Assembly: GCA_027064165.1 (NCBI GenBank)
Contig: JAMOQE010000045.1
Location: 8,504-72,503 of the forward strand
Source: Thermodesulfatator sp.
GTDB lineage: Bacteria > Desulfobacterota > Thermodesulfobacteria > Thermodesulfobacteriales > Thermodesulfobacteriaceae
Direction: 5' to 3'
Length of the DNA stretch: 64,000 nucleotides
The notes beneath the pieces were generated by a model. That model had not been told where the DNA came from, searched no databases, and saw nothing but the letters and a program-made list of their open reading frames with translations. Shown here piece after piece: positions 28,502 to 38,304 of this stretch. Numbering within the stretch: position 1 is the stretch's first letter; each line of letters opens with the position of its first letter. A program made the position numbers and the translations under genes.

Positions 28502-29071
28502 TTAATTTTTTCCTCCTGCTATTTTCTCCCTCTCTACAGGAATTGGACTACCTTCTACAGGATCATAAATTATACCTGCCTTTTTCAATAATAAAAATCT
28601 ATTGCGCTTCCACTCATCATATCTTATCTGATAAAGCCTCTCCCTATAACTCAAAAAATAATCCATCGCTTTAAGAAGGAGAATATCTATTTTGTCTTCA
28701 AGCCTGAGGTATTCAAAAATACCAAATTTCTCAATAAAATCTTCTCCAAAATCTTCTCTAATAATCTCTTTCAAAAGAAAGAAAAGATGAAGGGCCTTTG
28801 AAGGCTCTGTTTCCTGAATAGCCCTTAGTTGAACCAACCTATCAAGAAAATAATTTGCCTTTTCCCAATCAAAATCACCAAAAATCACATCAATCAATCC
28901 CTGAAAAGTCTCCTCCACCCTATAACCAAAGGGATTCTGAAAACGATCTACCTCTCGCTTAAAAAATTTCTCACTCTCTTTTCCAAAAGACCTCCAAAAC
29001 CTCTCTAACCATTCTTTATATATACCTGACTTCTTACTTTCTAAATACTCTCGCAACTCCCCAGACAACAT
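28502..29071 (-). CDS. dsrT: DsrT (RsbRD N-terminal domain protein)
   Basis: DRFQNP.G, L..LVQLRAIQ..PS.A..F.F.LK, RERLY.IR; immediately upstream of dsrM. Confidence 0.85.
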   Translation of the reverse strand: MLSGELREYLESKKSGIYKEWLERFWRSFGKESEKFFKREVDRFQNPFGYRVEETFQGLIDVIFGDFDWEKANYFLDRLVQLRAIQETEPSKALHLFFLLKEIIREDFGEDFIEKFGIFEYLRLEDKIDILLLKAMDYFLSYRERLYQIRYDEWKRNRFLLLKKAGIIYDPVEGSPIPVEREKIAGGKN

Positions 29072-29186
29072 GGTCCTCACTAAAAGTTTTTAAAATTTTA
29101 TATAACGACTTTGAAAAAAGTCAACATTTATTTTAAAAAAAATAAGCCTGTCTGCCCCTTCTTTTCAGTTTAAAAATGGATTTCTT

Positions 29187-30293
29187 TTAAAATTTTTCAA
29201 TTTTTTTAGAATTACTGTAAAGCCTGGGCAATCTTTTAAAAAGAGTTATCCTATCCCTCTGAGAAATCTTGAGTCGCCTTAACATGTCCTCCAGCTCATT
29301 GATTGTATGTTCGTAAACTTTTAAATTTACCTTATATGGATGACCATCTTTACCCCCATGGGCATAAGCATAACAGACAGGATCTTCTCTACAGGCCTTT
29401 ACATCATAAATAAGCTCTGCTGTAAGGGCAAGAGCTCTCAAAGCCCTGGCACCAAGCCCAGGAGTAAGAAGCAGGTCTTTAAATTCCTGGGGAGGATTCT
29501 CATAAGTACTTTCCCAGATTTTTCTAAGAACCTTGGGAGAGATATCCTTTTCCGTAAGAGAATGGGAAGGCTTAAAAAATAAACTTCCTGCCATTTTGAC
29601 TTCTTTTAATACTATAGGAAGATCTTCTTTTAATAAATTAAGCATTGCAGTTTGAGTTGCTTTGCTTTTCCTGGCAACCAGATTTAAAACTTCCTGTTTT
29701 CTTAAGGCTGAAATTATGGCTTTATGGGGATCTTCGCAAAAATTTTTTATCTCAAAAGATTGCCAGTGATATCTCCTGGCATAACCCAGATTCCCCTCCA
29801 TTCCCTGCTGAATAACACCCCAATTGCCTTTCTTAGTAAACACAAAAAGATGAAAATAGATTTGAAATCCATCCTGAATGGCATTATTGTCAATCCTTGC
29901 CACAAGCCTGCTAAAATTTACAAATCTCTGACAATCATTTGTCAGACCTGCTTTATCTCCCCAATGGAGTATTTCCTGCGGCGTCTTAAGGGCAGTTTTT
30001 GCCTTTCCTCCGCAGACAAAAAAGCCTATCTCCTGAAAATAAGGTTTAAGAGCTTCTTTAATAGCTGCTCCCACCGTGGTGGTAAGGCCTGAAGAATGCC
30101 AGTCAAACCCCAAAAGACAACCAAGAGCCTGAAACCACCATGGATCACATACCCTTTTAATGAGTTCATCCTCACCAAATTCTTCGTAAATAAAAAGTAA
30201 AATTGCCCTGCTAAGACGCACCATTCTGTCAAAAAGCCACTTTGGACACCTGCCAGTATGAAGAGGAAGGTCAACCGTATGACGAACAATCAT
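29187..30293 (-). CDS. DUF763 domain-containing protein
   Basis: LPLH.G..P.WL, DP.WFQALG..LG.DWHSSG.TT, D...QDG, QQGM...ARRYHW, AHGGKDG.P. Confidence 0.88.
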   Translation of the reverse strand: MIVRHTVDLPLHTGRCPKWLFDRMVRLSRAILLFIYEEFGEDELIKRVCDPWWFQALGCLLGFDWHSSGLTTTVGAAIKEALKPYFQEIGFFVCGGKAKTALKTPQEILHWGDKAGLTNDCQRFVNFSRLVARIDNNAIQDGFQIYFHLFVFTKKGNWGVIQQGMEGNLGYARRYHWQSFEIKNFCEDPHKAIISALRKQEVLNLVARKSKATQTAMLNLLKEDLPIVLKEVKMAGSLFFKPSHSLTEKDISPKVLRKIWESTYENPPQEFKDLLLTPGLGARALRALALTAELIYDVKACREDPVCYAYAHGGKDGHPYKVNLKVYEHTINELEDMLRRLKISQRDRITLFKRLPRLYSNSKKIEKF

Positions 30294-31036
30294 TGTGATT
30301 CTTTATTACGCTCTTTTAAAGCTGCCTCAACCTGATTTAAAATTTCCTGACAAACTGCTTCAGGATTTTCTGCTTCCCTTACAGGCCTTCCAACAACCAA
30401 ATAATCTGCTCCAGAAAGGATAGCTTCATAAGGGGTTGCTGTACGAAGTTGATCATCCCTTTTTTTATCGTTTTCTTCAAGCCTTATACCAGGGACAACA
30501 GTAAATACCTGAGGGAAAGCCTCTTTTATTCTGGCAACTTCCCTGGCAGAGCATACAATGCCATCACATCCACTGTTTACCGCAAGGCTTCCCAGTCTGA
30601 AAGCAAGCTCTCTGGGATCCCTTGCCAGTTCCCCATAAAAACCGAGCTGCATAAGATCTGCCCTATCAAGAGAAGTAAGAATGGTCACTGCTACTATTTT
30701 CAAATTATTATAAGCATTTTCAACTGCTTTTTTTAAAGCACCCTCACCTGAAAGGGTATGTACTGTAATCCAGTCCACTCCAAGCTCAGAGGCGGATCTC
30801 ACAGCGCCAGCCACAGTATTGGGTATGTCACAAAACTTAAGATCAAGAAAAATTTTTTTTGCTCCTGCCTTTCTCACCCTTTCCACCACCTTGGGGCCCG
30901 AAGCCACAAAAAGCTCCAGACCAATTTTAAACACACCTACGAAAGGTGAGAGCTTTTGCACCCAGGAAACAGCCTCTTTCACACCTGCCACATCAAGAGG
31001 AAAAACCAATCTCTCCTGAGGATCAAGACCCACCAT
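30290..31036 (-). CDS. pyrF: orotidine-5'-phosphate decarboxylase
   Basis: FKIGLELF, FLDLKF.DIPNTV, VTILTS, PGIR, DDQ.R, VVGRP. Confidence 0.97.
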   Translation of the reverse strand: MVGLDPQERLVFPLDVAGVKEAVSWVQKLSPFVGVFKIGLELFVASGPKVVERVRKAGAKKIFLDLKFCDIPNTVAGAVRSASELGVDWITVHTLSGEGALKKAVENAYNNLKIVAVTILTSLDRADLMQLGFYGELARDPRELAFRLGSLAVNSGCDGIVCSAREVARIKEAFPQVFTVVPGIRLEENDKKRDDQLRTATPYEAILSGADYLVVGRPVREAENPEAVCQEILNQVEAALKERNKESQ

Positions 31037-31487
31037 CCTTCCTCTCTCCCAATGCCTTTATTTGAGTAATAAACTCTGAAACATCCTTAAATTCTTTATA
31101 TACCGAAGCAAATCTTATATAAGCCACTTTATCCCACCTTTTTAAGGCTTCCATTACTTTTTCTCCAATATAGGAAGATGGAATCTCCCTCTCTCCTTTT
31201 TGAATAAGTTCAAGCTCAAGAGAAGAAATAAATTTTCTTATGGTATCCTCGCTGATGGGCCTTTTATGACAGGCCTTTCTTATACCGGCAAGCAGTTTTT
31301 CTCTGCTATAAGCCTCTCTCCTTCCATCTTTTTTCAGAATCACAAAATCCATATCCACTCTTTCATAAGTAGTAAATCTGTAACCGCAGGAAGAGCACTC
31401 CCTCCTTCTTCTTATAGCAAAACCATCTTCAATAATTCTTGAGTCAATTACTTTTGTATCTTCTGCCTTACACTTGGGACAACGCAT
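31023..31487 (-). CDS. nrdR: transcriptional repressor NrdR
   Basis: MRCPKC..DSR..IRRRREC..C..RFTTYE, ATP cone, VAYIRFASVY. Confidence 0.98.
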   Translation of the reverse strand: MRCPKCKAEDTKVIDSRIIEDGFAIRRRRECSSCGYRFTTYERVDMDFVILKKDGRREAYSREKLLAGIRKACHKRPISEDTIRKFISSLELELIQKGEREIPSSYIGEKVMEALKRWDKVAYIRFASVYKEFKDVSEFITQIKALGERKDGGS

Positions 31488-31544
31488 TTGGTTTATTTTA
31501 ATATCCTTGTAAAAATTTTAAAGAGGTTTAAAATATTTTCCAAA

Positions 31545-32894
31545 GTGATAAACAATAAGATTTACTACACTGTAAAAGAAGTTACAGCCAATTTAAAAGA
31601 CCTCCTGGAAAGAAACTTTTCTCACATCTGGATTGAGGGTGAAATCAGCAATCTCAAACAGAGTCAAACAGGACACATTTATTTTAATCTGGTAGAAGAA
31701 GAGGCGAGTTTGAAATGTGTAATCTTTAAAAATCACCTTTCTGAAGAAACAAAAACTTTCTTAAAAAATGGGATAAAAGTCCTTGCCTTTGGGACTTTAA
31801 GTTTTTATGGAAGAAGTGGAGAATGTTCTTTTATAGTAAAAAGACTTTCTCCCATAGGAAAAGGTCTTATAATGCTAAAAAAGGAAATTTTGATAAAGAA
31901 ATATGCAGCCCTTTTTGCCAGAGAAAGAAAAAAGGCAATTCCCCTTTATCCCAGAAAAGTAGCTGTAATTACTTCTCTTTTCGGGGCAGCCCTTAAAGAC
32001 TTCCTTAAAGTGGGGCTTTCCCGGTGGAAGACCCATATTCTCGTATATCCCGTAAGAGTTCAAGGAGAAGGTGCAGAAAAAGAAATTGTAAGGGCAATAA
32101 GAGACATAAATCTTTATTTTCAGGATGTGGAAGTAATTGTTATTACAAGGGGTGGTGGCTCTATTGAAGACCTTGCTCCGTTTTATACTGAAGACATTAT
32201 CCTTGGTATAAAAGATTCAAAAATTCCTGTAGTTTCTGCAGTAGGTCACGAAATAGATGTTACCCTATGTGATCTCATTGCAGATAAAAGGTGCCCTACC
32301 CCCACTGCAGCAGCTCAAGAAGTATTTCCAGATGCCTCCCTTGTTAAAGAAAGACTTGAGGCACTTTCTAAAAAACTCGTTAAATTGGTAAGTTTAAAAA
32401 TCTCAGAGAAAGAAGGAAGGCTTTTTGAGTACAAACTTAATCTTGAACAAAATAGCCCTTATAAAAAACTTCAAAAGCTTGAGACACTTCTCAAAAAACT
32501 GAACTATCAATTACAAATGGCCATAAAAGATCGGCTTTTATTTGAAGAAAAAAATTTGAGGAAGCTCAAAGAAAAACTGAATAGTTGTAGTCCTGAAGCA
32601 AAATTGAAAAGTATTTTACAAAAAATTGAGTTCTGGAAGGAAAAATTGGGATATACCCTGCAAAAAAAGCTTGAACTTGAAAGGAAGAGGCTTATCCATC
32701 TTAAAACACTCCTCTTTTCATTATCACCTTTAAATGTTCTGGAAAGGGGGTATAGTATAGTAAGAAATGTTAGGACCGGAGCCATCGTGAAAGCATCAAA
32801 AGAGGTATCTCCCGGAGAAAAGCTTGAAATATTGCTTGCCAGAGGAAGACTTCTGGTAAAAGTGCTGGAGGTAAAGAATGGAGATAAAGCCTGA
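31545..32894 (+). CDS. xseA: exodeoxyribonuclease VII large subunit (start uncertain, GTG 31545 preferred)
   Basis: IEGEISN..GHIYF, VQG.GA, RGGGSIEDL, SAVGHE.D, PTPTAAA, LERGYS. Confidence 0.95.
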   Translation: MINNKIYYTVKEVTANLKDLLERNFSHIWIEGEISNLKQSQTGHIYFNLVEEEASLKCVIFKNHLSEETKTFLKNGIKVLAFGTLSFYGRSGECSFIVKRLSPIGKGLIMLKKEILIKKYAALFARERKKAIPLYPRKVAVITSLFGAALKDFLKVGLSRWKTHILVYPVRVQGEGAEKEIVRAIRDINLYFQDVEVIVITRGGGSIEDLAPFYTEDIILGIKDSKIPVVSAVGHEIDVTLCDLIADKRCPTPTAAAQEVFPDASLVKERLEALSKKLVKLVSLKISEKEGRLFEYKLNLEQNSPYKKLQKLETLLKKLNYQLQMAIKDRLLFEEKNLRKLKEKLNSCSPEAKLKSILQKIEFWKEKLGYTLQKKLELERKRLIHLKTLLFSLSPLNVLERGYSIVRNVRTGAIVKASKEVSPGEKLEILLARGRLLVKVLEVKNGDKA

Positions 32895-33114
32895 AGATAT
32901 TAAATTTGAAGAGGCTTTAAAAAGAATTGAAGAAATCGTAAAAAAATTAGAAAATGGAGAGTCAAGTCTGGAAGAAGCATTAAAATTATATGAAGAAGGC
33001 ATATACTTAATAAAATTGTGTGAAAAAATGTTAAATCAGGCCAGAGAAAGGGTTGAAATAATTCTCAAAGAAGGAGAAGGTTTTAAATTGGAGCCCCTGG
33101 ATGAGAGTAATTGA
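32878..33114 (+). CDS. xseB: exodeoxyribonuclease VII small subunit
   Basis: FEEAL..IEEIV..LE.G..SLEEA...YEEG. Confidence 0.95.
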   Translation: MEIKPEDIKFEEALKRIEEIVKKLENGESSLEEALKLYEEGIYLIKLCEKMLNQARERVEIILKEGEGFKLEPLDESN

Positions 33115-33988
33115 GTATTTAAATATTGCAGCAGAAGAAATAGAGAAAGTTTTAAAAGATTATCTTCCAGATGGAGAATATGGGAAAAGAGTGGTTGAAG
33201 CAGCAAAATACAGCCTTTTTGCAGGGGGAAAAAGACTGAGGCCTGCCCTTTGTTTTGCAGGTTGTGAAGCAGTTGGGGGAAAGAAAGAACAGGTAGCATT
33301 TTTTGCTGCAGGAATTGAGTGCCTTCATACCTATTCTCTTATCCATGACGATCTTCCCTGTATGGATGACGATGACTTAAGAAGGGGGAAACCTTCCTGC
33401 CATAAAGCCTTTGATGAAGCCACAGCTGTGCTTGCAGGAGACGGACTCCAAGCCCTTGCCTTTGAACTTTTTACCCATCCGCTACAAGTAAAAAATACCA
33501 CTCCCTCCAGACTAATCAAAGCTATTAGAACTATTGCCAGAGCTGTAGGTTTTGAGGGTATGGTGGGTGGCCAGATGGCTGATCTTTTAATGGAAGGGAA
33601 AAAAGGAGGAATCAGAGTCCTCAAGTGGATTCACCTTCACAAAACTGTGAGACTTATTGAGGCCTCAGTTGTATGTGGAGCAATTCTTGCAGGAGGCAAC
33701 AAAAGGCAAATACAAACCCTGTCAAAGTATGGAAAATACTTAGGGCTTGCCTTTCAAGTTATAGATGACATACTTGATATTACAGGAGATGAAAAAAAGC
33801 TTGGAAAGAAAGTCCATTCAGATATAAAAAAAGAAAAGCTTACCTACCCTGCACTGGTAGGGCTTCCAGAATCAAAAGAGCTTGCCAGAAAATATACAGA
33901 GCAAGCAGTATCATCATTAAAGCCTCTTGGCGAAAAGGGGAAATTTTTGAAAGAACTTGCTTACTTTTTATTAGAAAGAGCCTTCTAA
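33101..33988 (+). CDS. ispA: polyprenyl (farnesyl diphosphate) synthase
   Basis: GGKRLRP, LIHDDLPCMDDDDLRRG, GQ..D, FQVIDDILD; xseB-ispA-dxs synteny. Confidence 0.93.
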   Translation: MRVIEYLNIAAEEIEKVLKDYLPDGEYGKRVVEAAKYSLFAGGKRLRPALCFAGCEAVGGKKEQVAFFAAGIECLHTYSLIHDDLPCMDDDDLRRGKPSCHKAFDEATAVLAGDGLQALAFELFTHPLQVKNTTPSRLIKAIRTIARAVGFEGMVGGQMADLLMEGKKGGIRVLKWIHLHKTVRLIEASVVCGAILAGGNKRQIQTLSKYGKYLGLAFQVIDDILDITGDEKKLGKKVHSDIKKEKLTYPALVGLPESKELARKYTEQAVSSLKPLGEKGKFLKELAYFLLERAF

Positions 33989-34000
33989 TGGGGTGAAAGT

Positions 34001-35875
34001 ATGAAAAAATTTCTCTCCAAAATCAACTCTCCTGAAGACATTAAAAAATTAAAATTTTCTCAGCTCCAATCCCTTGCCAAAGAAATAAGGGAATACATTT
34101 TGGAAGTGGTTTCTCAAAATGGTGGCCACCTTGCCCCTAATCTTGGCACTGTTGAGCTTACCCTTGCCCTTCATTATGTTTTTGATTCTCCGAAAGACAT
34201 AATTATCTGGGATGTAGGCCACCAGTGTTACACTCACAAAATTATCACAGGAAGAAGGGAGGTGTTCCCAACTTTAAGAAAGTGGAAAGGAATTTCTGGC
34301 TTCCCCAAAAGGGAAGAAAGCCCTCACGACTTTCTGGACACCGGTCACAGTAGCACCTCTATTTCCGCAGGCCTTGGAATGGCAACTGCTTTGAGACTAA
34401 AAAAAGAAAAAAACAGAAAGGTGGTTGTGATAATAGGAGATGGCTCTATCACAGCAGGGCTTGCTTTTGAAGGCCTGAACAACGCAGGATTCCAGAAAGA
34501 AGACCTACTTATTATTCTTAATGACAATGAGATGTCCATTTCTTCAAATGTTGGCGCTTTATCTTCTTTTGTTTCTAAAAGACTTACCGGTAATCTTACC
34601 CGGTTTATAAAGAAAGAAATGGAAAAAATTGCCCACAAATTCCCTGGAGGAGAAGGTATTCTCACCCTTTTAAAAAAGGGAGAAGATCTTTTAAAAATTG
34701 CTATTACTCCAGGAGCACTCTTTACAGCCCTCAATTTTGAATATGTAGGTCCTGTAGATGGGCATGACATAGAACTTCTTGTTGATATTTTAAAAAACCT
34801 AAAAAAAATGAAAGGGCCTATTATTTTTCATGTTATTACCAGGAAAGGAAAAGGGTATCCACCTGCTGAAAAAGATCCCGAGACATTTCACGGAGTTGGG
34901 CCTTTTGATTTAAAGACAGGCAAGATTATAAAAAAAGCCAATATGCCTCCTACCTATACAGAAATTTTCGGACGCACAATTATAAGACTGGCAGAAATTG
35001 AACCCAGGCTCGTGGCTATTACTGCAGCCATGAAAACAGGTACAGGTTTAAAAGAGTTTGCTGAAAGATTCCCTGAAAGATTTTTTGATGTGGGAATATG
35101 TGAACAGCATGCGGTGACCTTTGCTGCTGGCCTTGCCCTGCAGGGAATGCTACCAGTCTGCGCCATTTATTCCACCTTTCTCCAGAGGGCTTTTGACCAG
35201 TTAATTCACGATGTTGCTCTTAATCAGGCAAAGGTAATCTTTGCCATAGACAGGGCAGGGCTTGTAGGAGAAGATGGCCCAACCCATCACGGGGCATTTG
35301 ATCTTTCGTATTTAAGGTTAATTCCAGGCTTTGTAGTAATGGTACCAAGGGATGAAAATCAGCTACAACACATGCTATATAGTGCTCTTGAGTATCCCCA
35401 TCCCACAGCAATCAGGTATCCCCGTGGATATGGAGAAGGAGTAAGCCTTGATTGGGAGCTAAAAAAAATTCCTCTGGGTAAAGCAGAATTGTTAAAAGCT
35501 GGCACAGACATCTCAGTTTTTGGAGCAGGGCCCTGTCTTTACACCGCACTTGAAACAGCAAATAGCCTGGAAAAAGAAGGAATAAGCGTTGAAATAATTG
35601 ATGTAAGATTTATAAAGCCATTGGATGAGGAAACTATACTTTCCTCTGCAAAGAAAACAGGAAAGGTCTTGGTTATAGAAGAAAACACCTGCATAGGAGG
35701 GCTTTCTTCTGCTATAGCTGAACTTCTTATAGACCGCCTTCCTACTGTAAAATTCAAAAAAATTGCCCTTCCCGATAAATTTATTGAACATGGTGACTTA
35801 AAAACATTAAGAGAATTATGCGGCCTTAGTAAAGAAAATATTAAAGCCAGCCTTTTAGATTTGGCTGAGGAATAG
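34001..35875 (+). CDS. dxs: 1-deoxy-D-xylulose-5-phosphate synthase
   Basis: GGHLA.NLG.VELT, WDVGHQ, GHSSTSIS, DRAGLVGEDGPTHHG, IRYPRG. Confidence 0.98.
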   Translation: MKKFLSKINSPEDIKKLKFSQLQSLAKEIREYILEVVSQNGGHLAPNLGTVELTLALHYVFDSPKDIIIWDVGHQCYTHKIITGRREVFPTLRKWKGISGFPKREESPHDFLDTGHSSTSISAGLGMATALRLKKEKNRKVVVIIGDGSITAGLAFEGLNNAGFQKEDLLIILNDNEMSISSNVGALSSFVSKRLTGNLTRFIKKEMEKIAHKFPGGEGILTLLKKGEDLLKIAITPGALFTALNFEYVGPVDGHDIELLVDILKNLKKMKGPIIFHVITRKGKGYPPAEKDPETFHGVGPFDLKTGKIIKKANMPPTYTEIFGRTIIRLAEIEPRLVAITAAMKTGTGLKEFAERFPERFFDVGICEQHAVTFAAGLALQGMLPVCAIYSTFLQRAFDQLIHDVALNQAKVIFAIDRAGLVGEDGPTHHGAFDLSYLRLIPGFVVMVPRDENQLQHMLYSALEYPHPTAIRYPRGYGEGVSLDWELKKIPLGKAELLKAGTDISVFGAGPCLYTALETANSLEKEGISVEIIDVRFIKPLDEETILSSAKKTGKVLVIEENTCIGGLSSAIAELLIDRLPTVKFKKIALPDKFIEHGDLKTLRELCGLSKENIKASLLDLAEE

Positions 35876-35881
35876 CAATCC

Positions 35882-38038
35882 ATGGGCAATATTACTATTA
35901 AAAAGATCTTGGATCAGATACATAGCTATCTTCCTGAATGCAATACTTCTCTGGTAGAAAAGGCCTATAAATGGGCAGAAAAACTTCATGAGGGACAGTT
36001 TAGAAAGTCTGGTGAGCCTTATATTTCACATCCCCTGGAAGTAGCCTATATTCTTGCTCAAATGAAGCTTGACCTCCCTACTATTGCAGCTGGGCTTCTT
36101 CACGATGCTGTAGAGGATACCGATGTTTCTCTGGAAGATATAAAGCGAGAATTTGGTGAAGAAGTAGCCTTTATAGTGGATGGAGTAACCAAACTTAAAA
36201 ATCTTCCGAGCAGCAGTGATAAAACCGCCAAGCAAGCTGAAAACTTGCGCAAGATTATCCTTGCCATGTCAAAAGACTTAAGGGTAATCCTGGTGAAACT
36301 GGCTGATAGACTCCACAACATGCGCACACTTCAATATCAACCAGAACACAAGCAAAAAAGAATTGCCAGAGAAACTCTTGAAATATATGCTCCTCTTGCT
36401 GCCCGTCTGGGTATTGATTGGATAAAAAGTGAACTGGAGGACCTTTCTTTTAAATTTCTTTATCCTCATGAATATAATCGGCTTAAGACAGAAGTTGCAA
36501 AAAGGGTAGAGGCAGCAAAAGAATATGTGGAAAAAGTAAAAGCTATTTTAAAAGAGCTTCTTGAAAATAGCGGAATAAAAGGAAGAGTCCTTGGAAGGGT
36601 AAAACATCTTTACAGCGTTTATAGAAAACTTGAAAAATATGGACTTACTATTAATGACCTTGACCAAATTTATGACCTCATTGGCTTTAGAATAATTGTT
36701 AACACGGTGGAAGAATGTTACAGAGTACTTGGGATTGTTCATGCAAAATGGACTCCTATCCCAGGACGCTTTAAAGACTACATAAGCCTTCCCAAGCCAA
36801 ATATGTACCAAAGTCTTCACACCACAGTGCTTGGGCCAGAGGGAAAAAAGGTTGAGATACAGATTCGCACAGAATATATGGATAAAATAGCAAATGAAGG
36901 AATTGCTGCCCATTTTCTTTACAAAGAAGGAAAGTGTCTTTCAGGGAAGGATTTTAAGCAATTTGCATGGTTAAAAAAGCTAATAGAGCTTCAAAAAGAA
37001 CTTAAGCACCCAAGAGAGTTTCTGGAGTCTTTGAAGCTGGATCTTTTCCCGGAAGAAATTTATGTCTTTACCCCCAAGGGAGATGTAATAGTACTTCCTG
37101 TAGGAGCCACCCCACTTGACTTTGCCTATACCATTCACACAGAAATAGGCCATCACTGTGTAAGGGCCTTTGTAAATGACAGACTTGTGCCTTTAGATTA
37201 CAAACTTGAAACCGGAGATGTGGTACGAATTGAAACTTCACCTTCCCAAAAGCCCAGCAGAGACTGGTTAAAAATCGTTAAAACTGGAAGGGCAAGAAGC
37301 AGAATAAAAAGCTGGTTTAAAAAGGAAGAAAAAGAAAAATTAATCAATCTGGGCAAAGAAATCTTAAATAAGGCCTTTAAAAAAGTAGGATTTTCCTTTA
37401 ATGCCTTTTTAAAAGCAAAAGAAACTACAGAGCTCCTCAAGAAGCTCGGAGTAAAGGACCTTGATGAGCTTTTTTATCAAATAGGAAGCAGCAAAATAAC
37501 AGCAAAGCAGGTTTTAAAAACTTTTTCTGAACTTACAGGGGCTTTTTCTTATAAAGATGAAGGGAAAGAAGAAAAAAAGAGAATAAAACTTCCTAAACCA
37601 GGAGAAATTTTAAGTGTAGATGGAACAAAGGACATTCTTTTTCACCTTGCGCAATGTTGCAAACCAATTCCTGGAGACGAAGTTATAGGATACATTACAC
37701 GAGGTAAAGGAATTTCTGTCCATCGTGTAGACTGTCCCAATTTAAAGGACTTTGACCCGGAAAGACTTATAGAAGTCAAATGGGAAAAACCTGATGGAAA
37801 GGCCTATCCGGCTCATTTATACATTGTAGCCCATGATAGAAAAGGACTTCTTGCCAGTATAACTGCCGCTATAGCAGAGGCAGAAAGCAACATTTTAAAG
37901 GCACATTTACGCACTTCTGGAAATAAAGCCTATTTTGAAGTCTATGTAGAAGTCTTTGATAGGGCACACCTTAATAAGGTAATTTCCAACATTACAAGAG
38001 TGCAAGATGTGCTCAAAGTAGAAAGGAGGCTGAATTAA
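35882..38038 (+). CDS. relA: bifunctional (p)ppGpp synthetase/hydrolase
   Basis: H.GQ.RKSGEPY, LHDAVED, KLADRLHNMRT, YQSLHT, TGS and ACT domains. Confidence 0.96.
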   Translation: MGNITIKKILDQIHSYLPECNTSLVEKAYKWAEKLHEGQFRKSGEPYISHPLEVAYILAQMKLDLPTIAAGLLHDAVEDTDVSLEDIKREFGEEVAFIVDGVTKLKNLPSSSDKTAKQAENLRKIILAMSKDLRVILVKLADRLHNMRTLQYQPEHKQKRIARETLEIYAPLAARLGIDWIKSELEDLSFKFLYPHEYNRLKTEVAKRVEAAKEYVEKVKAILKELLENSGIKGRVLGRVKHLYSVYRKLEKYGLTINDLDQIYDLIGFRIIVNTVEECYRVLGIVHAKWTPIPGRFKDYISLPKPNMYQSLHTTVLGPEGKKVEIQIRTEYMDKIANEGIAAHFLYKEGKCLSGKDFKQFAWLKKLIELQKELKHPREFLESLKLDLFPEEIYVFTPKGDVIVLPVGATPLDFAYTIHTEIGHHCVRAFVNDRLVPLDYKLETGDVVRIETSPSQKPSRDWLKIVKTGRARSRIKSWFKKEEKEKLINLGKEILNKAFKKVGFSFNAFLKAKETTELLKKLGVKDLDELFYQIGSSKITAKQVLKTFSELTGAFSYKDEGKEEKKRIKLPKPGEILSVDGTKDILFHLAQCCKPIPGDEVIGYITRGKGISVHRVDCPNLKDFDPERLIEVKWEKPDGKAYPAHLYIVAHDRKGLLASITAAIAEAESNILKAHLRTSGNKAYFEVYVEVFDRAHLNKVISNITRVQDVLKVERRLN

Positions 38039-38232
38039 CTTACAGCTTTCTGCACCTTTCCCGCTTTGATACACCTGGTACAAACTCTCATTCTCTTTAC
38101 CTGACCATTGGGAAGTTTTACTCTTATTCTCTGAATATTAGGATACCACCACCTTCCAGACCTTTTACAGGAATGGCTAACTTTATGACCTGAAGAGGGT
38201 CTTCTTCCACAGATCTCACATATCTTGGACAC
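38035..38232 (-). CDS. rpmB: 50S ribosomal protein L28
   Basis: SKICEICG..G..VSHS...R.W.PN.Q..VCTRC; GTG start with AGGAGG RBS. Confidence 0.95.
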   Translation of the reverse strand: MSKICEICGRRPSSGHKVSHSCKRSGRWWYPNIQRIRVKLPNGQVKRMRVCTRCIKAGKVQKAVS

Positions 38233-38304
38233 GGCTTTCCTCCTTTCCCAGATTTTGTAGGCCAGTTAATAATAATCTAAATTTCAATTTTTGCAAGTAA
38301 AATT

